From IMG/VR virus record IMGVR_UViG_3300031227_011131: a stretch of DNA of 64,000 nt. One strand, 5' to 3'. The notes beneath the pieces were generated by a model. That model was not told where the DNA came from. It did not search any database and was given only the letters and a program-made list of their open reading frames with translations. Numbering within the stretch: position 1 is the stretch's first letter; every line of letters begins with the position of its first letter. This DNA is from a virus (lineage: Duplodnaviria; Heunggongvirae; Uroviricota; Caudoviricetes). Shown here in pieces: positions 34,882-44,932 of the stretch. The translations under genes were made by a program, and so were the position numbers.

Positions 34882-35463
34882 TTGGGGCTTCAAATGGAAA
34901 AGGATAGCAATGTATTGTTAGACAAGGGTTACGGACCAGAATCGAGTTTTGATGTGATGAACAGGCACACGGTTGATGCTTTTCGACAGTATTTCAAAGC
35001 GAGTAGGCGGCTCAGAATAGGGAATCGTAGTAATGATGGTCTTGTTTTGTATTTTGACAAAGACCCTGATTATGTAAGATTTTTCAATGAAGTGGTAGAA
35101 GCGTGTGGCGGGAAGTGGGATATTGTCAGGGTTACTATTGAATCAGAGGCTATGCGGCTAGTTGAAGAATGTGGTGAAGGTGGAATAAAAGCAGTGATAA
35201 ATGAGTTGACCGATGTCAATCCTTTGTTGAACGGTAACGGCATGGGATTGAGTTTTGTGAATTGGATGATGGAGAGATTTCCATTGATTCCGATGATTGT
35301 TATCACTAGCCATACGCATTTGATTCATAGTTTACGCTTTCAATTGCCAAGTATTGAGTTCATTCCTAAAGGACTATCTGCTGAAGAATATGCGGACGTA
35401 ATTGGTATGTTTCCGAAAGATAGTGAGTTTGCGCGTCTTTCGGCTATTGTTCCGCCAAAGTAA
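34882..35463 (+). CDS. hypothetical protein, possibly a CheY-like receiver fold
   Basis: Alternating hydrophobic/acidic pattern ending in MIVITSH. Weak. Confidence 0.3.
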   Translation: MGLQMEKDSNVLLDKGYGPESSFDVMNRHTVDAFRQYFKASRRLRIGNRSNDGLVLYFDKDPDYVRFFNEVVEACGGKWDIVRVTIESEAMRLVEECGEGGIKAVINELTDVNPLLNGNGMGLSFVNWMMERFPLIPMIVITSHTHLIHSLRFQLPSIEFIPKGLSAEEYADVIGMFPKDSEFARLSAIVPPK

Positions 35464-35488
35464 ATCTATTCGCTTTGAATCAAAAGGA

Positions 35489-35527
35489 CCACTGAGGTCG
35501 AATTTTCGGCCTTGGTGGTTTTTTTTT
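35489..35527 (+). terminator. rho-independent terminator
   Basis: CCACTGAGGTCGAA ... TTCGGCCTTGGTGG hairpin plus a T9 run. Confidence 0.6.
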
Positions 35528-35545
35528 GGAATTATTTGGTCTGAA

Positions 35546-35556
35546 GGTGATATAAT
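35546..35556 (+). promoter_or_regulatory. extended -10-like promoter GGTGATATAAT
   Basis: About 35 nt upstream of the start at 35592. Confidence 0.45.
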
Positions 35557-35591
35557 CATAGAGTTGGTTTTGTATATGAAAGGACTACGTT

Positions 35592-36092
35592 GTGAGTGAT
35601 GAAGTTGAAAAGACAACGGTGGTTTTGCTGGATTTTGGCAATGGGGGTGTGAATCTCAAGTGTTTTGAGTCAAGTGATAAGGGTGTTCGTTTTGCGTGGA
35701 CTACGAAGAGCATAGATGGGTATTTTTATGCTGTTCAGTTGGTGAATGAGAGTTTAGGGGGTCATTGTTGGATAGAAGACAAGCGCAGAAAGCGTATGCG
35801 TTTAGTGCGACGTTGGAAGGCACGAAATAGGGCTTTTCGTTGGTTTTGCAAGCGCGAGGGCAAATCGTATCATTCGTTGCATAGTCATGCTCTTCAGGGC
35901 TGCAACGTTTTTGAGCGAGTTTATCGGTGTGCCAACCATGAGCTTTCGGATTGCTATGATGTTGGGGTAGAATACTTTGGTCATTCTGCGGGGTCGGGCA
36001 ATCATGGCAAAGATATGCTTTGGGTAGAAGATCGTTTTGGAGAAAAAAATTGTGTTCCTTTTGAGTTTTTTGAGGAGGTAAAAGATGGCTAA
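35592..36092 (+). CDS. hypothetical protein
   Basis: 166 aa ORF. Confidence 0.35.
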   Translation: MSDEVEKTTVVLLDFGNGGVNLKCFESSDKGVRFAWTTKSIDGYFYAVQLVNESLGGHCWIEDKRRKRMRLVRRWKARNRAFRWFCKREGKSYHSLHSHALQGCNVFERVYRCANHELSDCYDVGVEYFGHSAGSGNHGKDMLWVEDRFGEKNCVPFEFFEEVKDG

Positions 36093-36462
36093 TGTCAAGG
36101 ATGTGAAAGATGTCTTGAAGAAGGTTCATGATAACAGCACTGGTTTGGCTGCGTGGCGGGAAATTAGGGGTCAAGAGTTTTCGCATGAGGAAGCTCGTCA
36201 GGCGGCGGATTTTGCTGATTGTTTGGAAAGTTACGGTATTACGGAAGAATACGAAGTTGTCAATTCTGAATTGCTTGTTGATTTTCTTGATGAAGCAGAG
36301 CTGAAAGTTGGTCAACGACTTTTCTTGGCTGAGAAAGCTCCATTGTATTTGATGGGTGTTATCATGTTGAAAGAGGATGATAATCGTTTGATGCGTGTTG
36401 CGAAGGCACGTGCTAAGGAAGATAGTCGTGAGAGTAGTGTCATTCTTTTGCCTGGGGATTGA
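36085..36462 (+). CDS. hypothetical protein
   Basis: 125 aa ORF. Confidence 0.35.
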   Translation: MANVKDVKDVLKKVHDNSTGLAAWREIRGQEFSHEEARQAADFADCLESYGITEEYEVVNSELLVDFLDEAELKVGQRLFLAEKAPLYLMGVIMLKEDDNRLMRVAKARAKEDSRESSVILLPGD

Positions 36463-37476
36463 TTGAATTGGTGGGTAGAAATGAGAGTTGATGTCACAAC
36501 ACTTTCGGTTCTTATTGGTAGTCGGGCATGTAACGCCAAATGTCCGTTTTGTGTTTCCCAGATGACACCTGATTGTGGTATTGGTATTAAAGAGCCTGTC
36601 ATAAATTGGCGCAACTTTGACTTGTCCTGTAGATATGCTCAGAAGAATGATATTTCAACTGTTATGTTGACTGGTAAGGGCGAGCCTACACTTTTCCCGA
36701 ATCAGATTACTACTGTTCTTAGCGTATTGCGTGGCTATGATTTTCCTTTTAAGGAATTACAGACAAATGGCATAAAGTTGATGGAGGTTGAATACTGTTC
36801 TTAGCGTTTGCGGTCGTGGAGTTATTTTGGGCTAAACACGATTTCTATTTCGGTTGTGCATTGGAGCGATGATAGAAGTAAAGAAATCTATGGATTCGAC
36901 AACTACAATCTTGCGTCTTTGGTCAGGATTCTGCATAGCTACGGATTTTCAATTCGTCTATCTTGTGTGATGGTTAAAGGCTATGTTGATTCTTGGGACG
37001 TTGTAGATAGATTCCTGCACTTCTGTATGTCGAGAAACAGACTGAGGCGATTTGTTTTGTTGCTGTTACGCAGAATGGTCTTGCGCTTCAGCGTGTCAAG
37101 AAACGGACTGAGGCGATTTGTTTTGCTGCGATTACGCAGAATGGTCCTGCACTTCTGTCGTTGCAACAATGTAAAGCAATTCACATTGCGCGAGTTAGGG
37201 CGTTCTGACGAAACGAAAGACAAAGCTGTTTCGCAGTGGGTTTTGGAACATCATGTTTCTTCTGAAACCATTTATGGAATTGAGGTGATATTGAGGAAAA
37301 AGGGAACGGTTCTTTTGTCGCTTCCACATGGTGCAACGATATACGACCATGATGGTCAGAATGTATGTTTGACGAATTGTCTTACATTGCCGTTGAAGGA
37401 TGAGATTCGTCAGCTCATATTTCATCCTGATGGTCATTTGCGCTATGACTGGAAAGAAGGCGCAATTTTACTTTGA
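36463..37476 (+). pseudogene. radical-SAM enzyme (activase-like) interrupted by an in-frame TAG at 36802-36804; ORFs 36463-36804 and 36808-37476 share one frame
   Basis: The N-terminal part has CNAKCPFC (CX3CX2C) and LTGKGEPTL. The downstream part continues barrel-like strands. It also contains a 57 bp tandem duplication (RNRLRRFVLLLLRRMVL x2). Confidence 0.45.
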
Positions 37477-37503
37477 TAGCATGTTTGGCGAAGGAGAGCA
37501 ATC

Positions 37504-38733
37504 ATGGAAAGCAATTATTTTGGTGACTTCAAATTGCAAAGAAATTCTCAATCGATCAATGGCACTTTTTCGGATTTATTGATTGAGAACTTTGTTCTGT
37601 ATAAGATGCGTCAAAAAGTGACTACACATCGTTTCAGCATTTGTTTGTACAAACAGAACAGGGATTTATTATTTCCGACTATTGACCAGAGTATGACGAA
37701 TTGCGAATTATCGAGGACATTGGAGGATATTGAGGACGGGGCGCCTATTGAGAGTGGCAGAGACATTCTTGTTCGCGCAAAGTTTCTTGCTGCATTGGAT
37801 GCCATAGTTGAAGACATGAAGTGTGATGTGAAAGTGGTGTATACATCGCTTGACAGTGGTCTTTTGATTTTGGATGGTGATGACTTTGATAGTGCAAATA
37901 CTGTAGCAAGCATTGGGATTCGTAGTGACCACAACATTCAGTTGAGTATTGTGAGCACGGAATACAAGCAGGCAAGTGATGTTGTGTTCTTATTTGATGG
38001 GATAGACAATTGGTCTCATGTACGTAATGAGAGTAGTCAGATGGTTGTCGGAGTATGGTGGTCGGATCATTATGGCTGGTCTAGCCGAGAAGTACCTTTG
38101 GCTTGTGATAATTTTGACGCTTATTTGGATGCCAATTATTCAGACAAAGTGGCATCTTCTACTCGAACTTTGATAGATAGAGTAATTGGCGAGAAGTTGA
38201 TTGGCAAATTGGTATTGTGTCATGGCAATGCTGGCACTGGGAAGTCGTTTTGGATTCGTGGCTTGTCGGTAGCTTTGAAACAGAAGTATGATGTTGCCTA
38301 CATTTCGGAGTTTGAGAGCTTTTTGTCATCGGCTGCTGGCTATTATCAGGTGGTTGACGAAGATCGTCCTGTTGTTTTTGTTTTTGAGGATGCTGGTTGT
38401 GTTTTTGCTGTTGATGCTCAAAACAGATATGAGCAGCTTACCACAACACTTTTGAATTTGACTTCTGGTCTTATTTCGGCTGGTCGAAAAGACATTTTTG
38501 TTTTCACCTATAACGGTGCTATGGGTGATATGGACGAAGCAATGATTCGTCCCGGCAGGGCGTTGAGTGTTATAAAGTTTGGAGAATTAGATTCTTCAAA
38601 AGCCAATGCTTTTTTGAAAGCTCATGGGTCAGATGAGTGTGTTTGTTCTTCCATGCGATTGGCGGATTTGTATGCGATGATTTATGGTTTTGATGATGTT
38701 TTGAAGGAATCCAGAGGTGTTCTGGGTTTTTAA
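37504..38733 (+). CDS. AAA+ ATPase (MoxR/CbbX-like)
   Basis: Walker A GNAGTGKS and Walker B VFVFEDAG. Confidence 0.6.
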   Translation: MESNYFGDFKLQRNSQSINGTFSDLLIENFVLYKMRQKVTTHRFSICLYKQNRDLLFPTIDQSMTNCELSRTLEDIEDGAPIESGRDILVRAKFLAALDAIVEDMKCDVKVVYTSLDSGLLILDGDDFDSANTVASIGIRSDHNIQLSIVSTEYKQASDVVFLFDGIDNWSHVRNESSQMVVGVWWSDHYGWSSREVPLACDNFDAYLDANYSDKVASSTRTLIDRVIGEKLIGKLVLCHGNAGTGKSFWIRGLSVALKQKYDVAYISEFESFLSSAAGYYQVVDEDRPVVFVFEDAGCVFAVDAQNRYEQLTTTLLNLTSGLISAGRKDIFVFTYNGAMGDMDEAMIRPGRALSVIKFGELDSSKANAFLKAHGSDECVCSSMRLADLYAMIYGFDDVLKESRGVLGF

Positions 38734-38750
38734 ATAACGAACAAAGGGAG

Positions 38751-39215
38751 ATGTTAGCTATGTCTACTCGTTGTCAGGTGAAAATTCTCAACTGTTTTTC
38801 AGATTTGACTGATATTGCCAATACAGAGGGTGTTTTGTTGTATCATCATTGTGATGGTTATCCTAGTTTTATGGGGCCATATCTTGAGAGAGTTCTCGAC
38901 AAGGCTTCTGAGTATCTTATTCGGGTCAATAAGGAATGTTGGTGGGACGATGAGCGTGTAGCCGCCATGATGGTATTACTTTCGTCGGTTGATTCTTCTA
39001 CTCCCGTGCTTCCTTGGGAAGTTGCAGGCATTGATAGTTCGCAAGATCATATACCGAGTTTTCAACCTTCGTATGTTTTGCATGGTGATATAGAATTTCT
39101 TTGGGTTGTTATTCTTGGGGAAGATGATGGAGAGTATGATATAAAGTGTTTCGACCTCAATAAAGACGAAAAGGTTAGTATTGGGAAAGAGATTGATTGG
39201 CGGGCAGAGATATAG
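38751..39215 (+). CDS. hypothetical protein
   Basis: 154 aa ORF. Confidence 0.35.
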   Translation: MLAMSTRCQVKILNCFSDLTDIANTEGVLLYHHCDGYPSFMGPYLERVLDKASEYLIRVNKECWWDDERVAAMMVLLSSVDSSTPVLPWEVAGIDSSQDHIPSFQPSYVLHGDIEFLWVVILGEDDGEYDIKCFDLNKDEKVSIGKEIDWRAEI

Positions 39216-39693
39216 AAAGGAGGTGTTGATGAAGAGTGATTTATGTCCTTTTTGTGGCGAAGTCAAGCGGGTGTATTATCCGCCCTATGAAAACAGGGGC
39301 GAAACGATGGGTCTTTTATGGTGTCCAAATTGTAAGAAAGCTGTGGACATTACAAATGTAGGCGCTATTAGCGAGATTAGCTTTGCGTTTGATTTACCGG
39401 ACGGGGTTTACAGCTACAATAGCGAGATATGCAAAAAGTGTTTCAAGAGTAGAGATGTGGAATGGCAGGATGATTATGATGAGGAATGGTTGTCTGATGG
39501 TTTTGCAATGTGTCCGCAAATTATGCAAGATGACATGACAACTATTGATTATGATGATATGATGGGAATCTTCAAACCTGTTCCAAAATCTTGTTCATAT
39601 CTTATTGAGCATATGATGTCTCGACTCAAACGTAAGGATTGGGTTACTATCGCTATGGAGAAAAGGGAAAAACACAGACGCAAGAAAATGTGA
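39181..39693 (+). CDS. zinc-ribbon protein
   Basis: CPFCG ... CPNCK ... CKKCF ... C. Confidence 0.35.
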   Translation: MGKRLIGGQRYRKEVLMKSDLCPFCGEVKRVYYPPYENRGETMGLLWCPNCKKAVDITNVGAISEISFAFDLPDGVYSYNSEICKKCFKSRDVEWQDDYDEEWLSDGFAMCPQIMQDDMTTIDYDDMMGIFKPVPKSCSYLIEHMMSRLKRKDWVTIAMEKREKHRRKKM

Positions 39694-39709
39694 CAATTTT
39701 TGGCTTATC

Positions 39710-39720
39710 GGTGATATAAT
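39710..39720 (+). promoter_or_regulatory. extended -10-like promoter GGTGATATAAT
   Basis: About 35 nt upstream of the ATG at 39757. Confidence 0.45.
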
Positions 39721-39756
39721 AACAGAGACCTTTGTATAACATTGGAGGATTAGGAA

Positions 39757-40977
39757 ATGGCAAAAGTAGATGTAAGACGAATGGTGATGAGTGGCGTCAT
39801 TGACTTGATTCGCCACAAGGTTTTTTATGGCCATATTTTGCAACAGTTGTCGAAAGTGTATATCAGCGGAATTGAAGCTTACGCTCCTATTCCTACAATG
39901 GGTGTAGGCAAGCAAAAGGAAGAGTTGCTTGTCAAGTTGTACGTCAATGAAAAATGGGTACAAGAAGAAATCTTTGACAAGGCTGAGAGCGAAGATCAAG
40001 CGTGGGGTTGGCTTTTGGGTGTGCTTGAGCATGAGACGTTGCATTTGGTATTTGACCATCTTACTTTGTCATTCAGTGACAAGTTGCGTGGCAACGTGGC
40101 TGTTGATCTGGTCGTGAACAGTTGCCTTGACAAGTCACATCTTCCCGACAGCGCGATGTTGCCAGAAATGTTTGATTTTGAGCCGCACAAGTCGTCTTTT
40201 TGGTATTATCAGCATTTGCTTGACAATGACAAGTATAAGGATATGTGTCAAAATGGTTCTTTTGGAGAAGGTGGTATTTTTTCAGATGCTGTTGATTCTC
40301 ACAAGGCGTGGGAATCGGCGGCGCAGGACCCTATTCTTGGAGAATTCATCAAGGACATTGTTCGCAAGTCAAAAGAGCTTTGCAGCAAGGATTTTGGCAA
40401 CATTCCGGCAGAGGTTGTATATCAGATTGGCGAGCTTCTCAAGACTAAAAAACCTATTGTGCCTTGGGGTCGTGTGTTGCGGTTGTTTTGTGCGAGTGCT
40501 ATGGAGAGCACTCTTGATTATACGATGAAGCGTATAAGCAAAAGATTTGGCACTCGCCCTGGAACCAAAAAAGAGGATGTTCTGAATTTGTGTGTTGCTG
40601 TTGATACTTCGGGATCTATCAGCGAAGATCAGATAAAGCTGTTTTTCAACGAGATTAAGTGGATTTGGAAGAACGGTGCTCAGGTTACGATTATTGAGTG
40701 CGATTGTGTCATTCAGCGGACTTACCCTTATAAGGGCAAGTTCAGGGGCGAGGTTCATGGTCGTGGCGGGACTGATCTTGAGCCGCCGTTGCAGGAAGCA
40801 GAGGGGCATTTTGATGCTCTTGTGTACTTTACTGACTTTTATGCACCGAGTATAGAGCATAGGTATAAGATACCCGTTTTGTGGGTATTGACTACAGAGC
40901 TATCCAGGGATCAGTTCCCGTACAAGTGGGGAAAGCACATCAAGATTGAGGCCAATCAGGCTGTTGCTGTAAGCTGA
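39757..40977 (+). CDS. HExxH metallopeptidase-like plus VWA (MIDAS) domain protein, DUF2201-like
   Basis: HETLH in the N-terminal half. VAVDTSGSISEDQ (DxSxS MIDAS) in the C-terminal half. A typical partner of MoxR-type AAA+ ATPases. Confidence 0.55.
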   Translation: MAKVDVRRMVMSGVIDLIRHKVFYGHILQQLSKVYISGIEAYAPIPTMGVGKQKEELLVKLYVNEKWVQEEIFDKAESEDQAWGWLLGVLEHETLHLVFDHLTLSFSDKLRGNVAVDLVVNSCLDKSHLPDSAMLPEMFDFEPHKSSFWYYQHLLDNDKYKDMCQNGSFGEGGIFSDAVDSHKAWESAAQDPILGEFIKDIVRKSKELCSKDFGNIPAEVVYQIGELLKTKKPIVPWGRVLRLFCASAMESTLDYTMKRISKRFGTRPGTKKEDVLNLCVAVDTSGSISEDQIKLFFNEIKWIWKNGAQVTIIECDCVIQRTYPYKGKFRGEVHGRGGTDLEPPLQEAEGHFDALVYFTDFYAPSIEHRYKIPVLWVLTTELSRDQFPYKWGKHIKIEANQAVAVS

Positions 40978-41036
40978 TGATAGTTGGTTATAGGTCCTAT
41001 GCGGGGCGTTGAGTGAACATTGGGAAGGCGTAGAGT

Positions 41037-41477
41037 ATGCTTGTGTTTCCGGGGCCGTCAGTTGAGAACATTTTTTGGATGGTGTTTTGGACTGTGTTTT
41101 GGCTGGCTTTGGTCTACATCGTAATCGCAGTCGTGAATACGTATGTGCTGAGGCCATTTGCGAAAAAACTACCGCGCTTTGTGTATACGTTGCCTATGGT
41201 TGCGGCGGTTGTTTGGCTGCTCATTGGTATTGTTTTTGTTGGTCATGAGCCTCAAGAGGGTCCAAAAGACCAGTGGAAAGACCCAGAAGTTATCGAGGTT
41301 ACTCCGGTGGAAGAAGTCAGAGAAAAAGGAAAGGAGCTTACCGAAGAGATTGAGACTGACGTAAAGAAGGCGAGTGACGAGAAGCGTGATGAGTTGCGTG
41401 GGAAGTCAGATGATATGTTTGACAAGCTGTGGAAAAAGGAAAAAACACAGCGCGAAGCCGAAAAGAAATCTGACTAA
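41037..41477 (+). CDS. membrane protein (2-3 TM) with a charged C-terminal tail
   Basis: Hydrophobic stretches at the N-terminus, KE-rich end. Confidence 0.4.
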   Translation: MLVFPGPSVENIFWMVFWTVFWLALVYIVIAVVNTYVLRPFAKKLPRFVYTLPMVAAVVWLLIGIVFVGHEPQEGPKDQWKDPEVIEVTPVEEVREKGKELTEEIETDVKKASDEKRDELRGKSDDMFDKLWKKEKTQREAEKKSD

Positions 41478-41503
41478 GCAAAGTTGACAGTGACAACATT
41501 AAA

Positions 41504-42508
41504 TTGAAAGGTTTTTTGGAAATGAGAAGCAGACAGTTGTACATACTCGGTTTGATTGTGGTTATGGCGGGACTTTGCGGTTGTGGTAAGAACGTACCTG
41601 TTGGTTATAAGGCGCGCATCAAGACGAGATCAGGATGGAGTAATACGCTTCACTCGCCCGGCAGAATAGCGTGTTACGGTTATGATGTGATGTGGATTGT
41701 CGAAACACGTGAGACTACAAGGGATACGAAACTCAACATCCTGCTACAGAAAGACCAGGTAAACTTCGGCGTTGCGGTTCGTTTCACGCTAAAGGACAAA
41801 GATGCCGATGTTTTGCCTGTTTTTGACAAGGTGCGACCGTTCTCTTCTGATAACAAATATGCTGGGGTTATTACGCTTGATGGCATTTGGGATACTTATC
41901 TTGCTCCTGTAGTGGCGAGTGTACCAAAGCAGATTATTCGCCCATACACTACGGAGCAGATTCTTGCCGAAAGCGCGAAAATAGAAAAGGAAGTACAATC
42001 GGCAATTATCAAGGCGATGGAAGAAACTCCTGTAAAAGTTAGGTTGGTTACGATTGTCAATATGGACTTTCCGAAGTTTATCACACTGGCACAAGAGGAG
42101 GCCAAGAAAGAGGAAATCGAAATAAGGCGTGAGACAAACAAGCAAAAGAAGCGCCTGATTGAAGAACAGAACAAGCTGAAGCTTAAGGAGCTTGAGTATC
42201 AGCAGGCGATGCTTGACGGCAAGAAGATTGCCGACCAAAATCGTCTCATTGGAAAATCTCTGTTGGGCGAAGCAGGGCGTCAATACTTGCGCTGGCATGA
42301 GATACGGGTATATGGTGAAGCTGCTCAAGGGCCGAACAACTGCTTGTTCCTGCCAATGACATTGCTTGGCGGTCAAGGCTCAGTCGGGGCGACTATGATG
42401 AACGAAGCGGCTTTGACCATTCCGCGAGAGGAATTGCGTAAGGCAATTTTGCCGAAGGTAAAAAATGATAGAGAGGCCGAGGGACCATGGGTTTCTGAAA
42501 CTGAGTAA
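41504..42508 (+). CDS. SPFH/band-7-like membrane protein
   Basis: N-terminal TM/lipobox-like segment (GLCGCG), core resembling the SPFH fold, long coiled coil (EEAKKEEIEIRRETNKQKKRLIEEQNKLKLKELE). Confidence 0.45.
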   Translation: MKGFLEMRSRQLYILGLIVVMAGLCGCGKNVPVGYKARIKTRSGWSNTLHSPGRIACYGYDVMWIVETRETTRDTKLNILLQKDQVNFGVAVRFTLKDKDADVLPVFDKVRPFSSDNKYAGVITLDGIWDTYLAPVVASVPKQIIRPYTTEQILAESAKIEKEVQSAIIKAMEETPVKVRLVTIVNMDFPKFITLAQEEAKKEEIEIRRETNKQKKRLIEEQNKLKLKELEYQQAMLDGKKIADQNRLIGKSLLGEAGRQYLRWHEIRVYGEAAQGPNNCLFLPMTLLGGQGSVGATMMNEAALTIPREELRKAILPKVKNDREAEGPWVSETE

Positions 42509-42610
42509 GAGAATGTGAGGCGTGGCTGTATGTCATCTGCTGTTTCCCAAATAGTAGAAGTCGGGAGTCACGTCTCAAAGGCATCATGACTTCAATGAAG
42601 GGAGTAACGA

Positions 42611-42931
42611 ATGAAAACTTTTTTGATTTATGACGAGTTTAGTGTTGAAGATCATGAGGGAGAGGAGTATGATGAGATTTTAGAGGTTGAGCAAGCTCCT
42701 ACGGCGGGCAACATTCAAGAATGGGCGAATAGGGTTAGATGTCGTATTCGTAGGGCATGGGTAGCAAGTCAAAAAGAGGAGTTAGCAGAAGAACAGGGCG
42801 TAAGAATCTTTTTTGATTCGTCTGCGGTGTATAAGGCAATGCTCATCAATTTGCAGATATTGATGAAGAAAGAAGAGGACATTGTAATAGACTTGGCAGA
42901 CATTGATATTGCAATAAGACAAGATTTTTGA
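42611..42931 (+). CDS. hypothetical protein
   Basis: 106 aa ORF. Confidence 0.35.
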   Translation: MKTFLIYDEFSVEDHEGEEYDEILEVEQAPTAGNIQEWANRVRCRIRRAWVASQKEELAEEQGVRIFFDSSAVYKAMLINLQILMKKEEDIVIDLADIDIAIRQDF

Positions 42932-43034
42932 AAACTTTGCTCAAAAAACTGTATAATAGAGATGTTGCCCCTTGGTGAGAGTGCCTTCCAAGGGGTATGT
43001 GTTGTATTAGTTTTCGGACGCAGGAGTAGTTAGA

Positions 43035-43628
<594 letters not shown>

Positions 43629-43678
43629 GATGAAGTTTAAGAAGAAATGACTACGTTCAAGCAATCCAGGATGTGTGA

Positions 43679-44296
43679 ATGGATTCGGTAGTTGAGCGAG
43701 TTTTAGCGATGCAGTCTGAGAAACGTCGCTTGCTGCGTTTAAAGCGGCGTTCTCGTGGTCCTTATCGCAAGATTAGGTTTACGCGAGATGAATTGATTGA
43801 TTATCTTGTTGATAACAGTATCAGTTCTGTAAGACAACTTGCTCGACTTCGCAAAGCGGATGACCCTAAGCGGTATGATTATGACATAGAGTTTGGCAAA
43901 TGGAGTGAGGCCCAAAAAGCAGCTTTTGGGCCTCCTTCCATATTAGAAGACAAGACTCCTAGCAGTGCGGAGTATTTGGTAAAGTTACTTGTTCAATATG
44001 ATGTGTGGACTGTGAACAAGTATCTTGAGTGGTGTCGAAAACGCCCGGATGTTTTCCCTTCATTTTACTATGTCAAAAAGCACTGGGGTCGTTTTTCCAA
44101 TTTGACGTATATTGCTCGGAGATTTTCTTACAAGCAACGGCTTGAGTCTTATTTGTGCATCAAAAGGCGTTTAGGGCATTGGCCGACTGTGGTGGAATGC
44201 CTGGCTGAAGGTCTTGACGTGAGTGCGGTCATAAAGGAATTGTTTGGCTCTAGGAAAGAAATGATTATTCTTTTTGAGAAATATGGGAAGGCTTAG
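43679..44296 (+). CDS. hypothetical protein
   Basis: 205 aa ORF. Confidence 0.35.
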   Translation: MDSVVERVLAMQSEKRRLLRLKRRSRGPYRKIRFTRDELIDYLVDNSISSVRQLARLRKADDPKRYDYDIEFGKWSEAQKAAFGPPSILEDKTPSSAEYLVKLLVQYDVWTVNKYLEWCRKRPDVFPSFYYVKKHWGRFSNLTYIARRFSYKQRLESYLCIKRRLGHWPTVVECLAEGLDVSAVIKELFGSRKEMIILFEKYGKA

Positions 44297-44923
44297 ATGC
44301 GAAAAGAAACCAAGATTACGGCCAAGTTTCAAGAACAATGTTGTAGGCATTTGAAAGAGCGCAAACAGAAGTATCTTTGCGTAAGTCCATTGAATTGTGT
44401 GCACAATGTAAGGCATCGAGTGAAGCAGAAAGGGATGATAGGGTTTTGTGAGAATCCTATTATACTTGAGAAATCCAAACGACACGTTGTAGTATGCGAG
44501 GGTGATGTCACGGCTTCGGCTTGTTTTGAGTATGAATGTGTTCATACTACGGCAACTGTGGAATCTGATTTTCATGAGATTTTACGCAACCCAAGTCGTT
44601 GTGGGCAGGAGTATCCCAGGTTGGGGGCTTTGATATGGTGTTTGCAGGATGGCACTAATGGCAACGCAATAGGCGAAGCAATAGCTGATGCCATAGGTGA
44701 TGAAACAGATGGGCCTGATGCAATAGAGGACACAATAAAGGACACAATAGAGGACACAATAGAGGACACAATAGAGGACAATGCAGTAGTGCCTGATGCA
44801 ATAGAAGACGGAGCAATAGAAGCAATAGATTGTGAGATAGAGATTGAGAATATTGGGGCTAAAACACGATTAAAACGTTTAGCAGGATTATTGTGGAAGC
44901 TTGGAAGTTGTTCATGGTGGTGA
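44297..44923 (+). CDS. hypothetical protein with 12 bp tandem repeats (EDTI x4)
   Basis: gaggacacaata x4 at about 44735-44782. Confidence 0.35.
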   Translation: MRKETKITAKFQEQCCRHLKERKQKYLCVSPLNCVHNVRHRVKQKGMIGFCENPIILEKSKRHVVVCEGDVTASACFEYECVHTTATVESDFHEILRNPSRCGQEYPRLGALIWCLQDGTNGNAIGEAIADAIGDETDGPDAIEDTIKDTIEDTIEDTIEDNAVVPDAIEDGAIEAIDCEIEIENIGAKTRLKRLAGLLWKLGSCSWW

Positions 44924-44932
44924 GGTATTTTT

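Noticed and set aside
36808-36810. TTG as the genuine start of a separate 222 aa gene
   Set aside because: The ORF is in frame with the upstream radical-SAM ORF, directly after its TAG, and has no RBS. It is treated as the interrupted second half of that gene.
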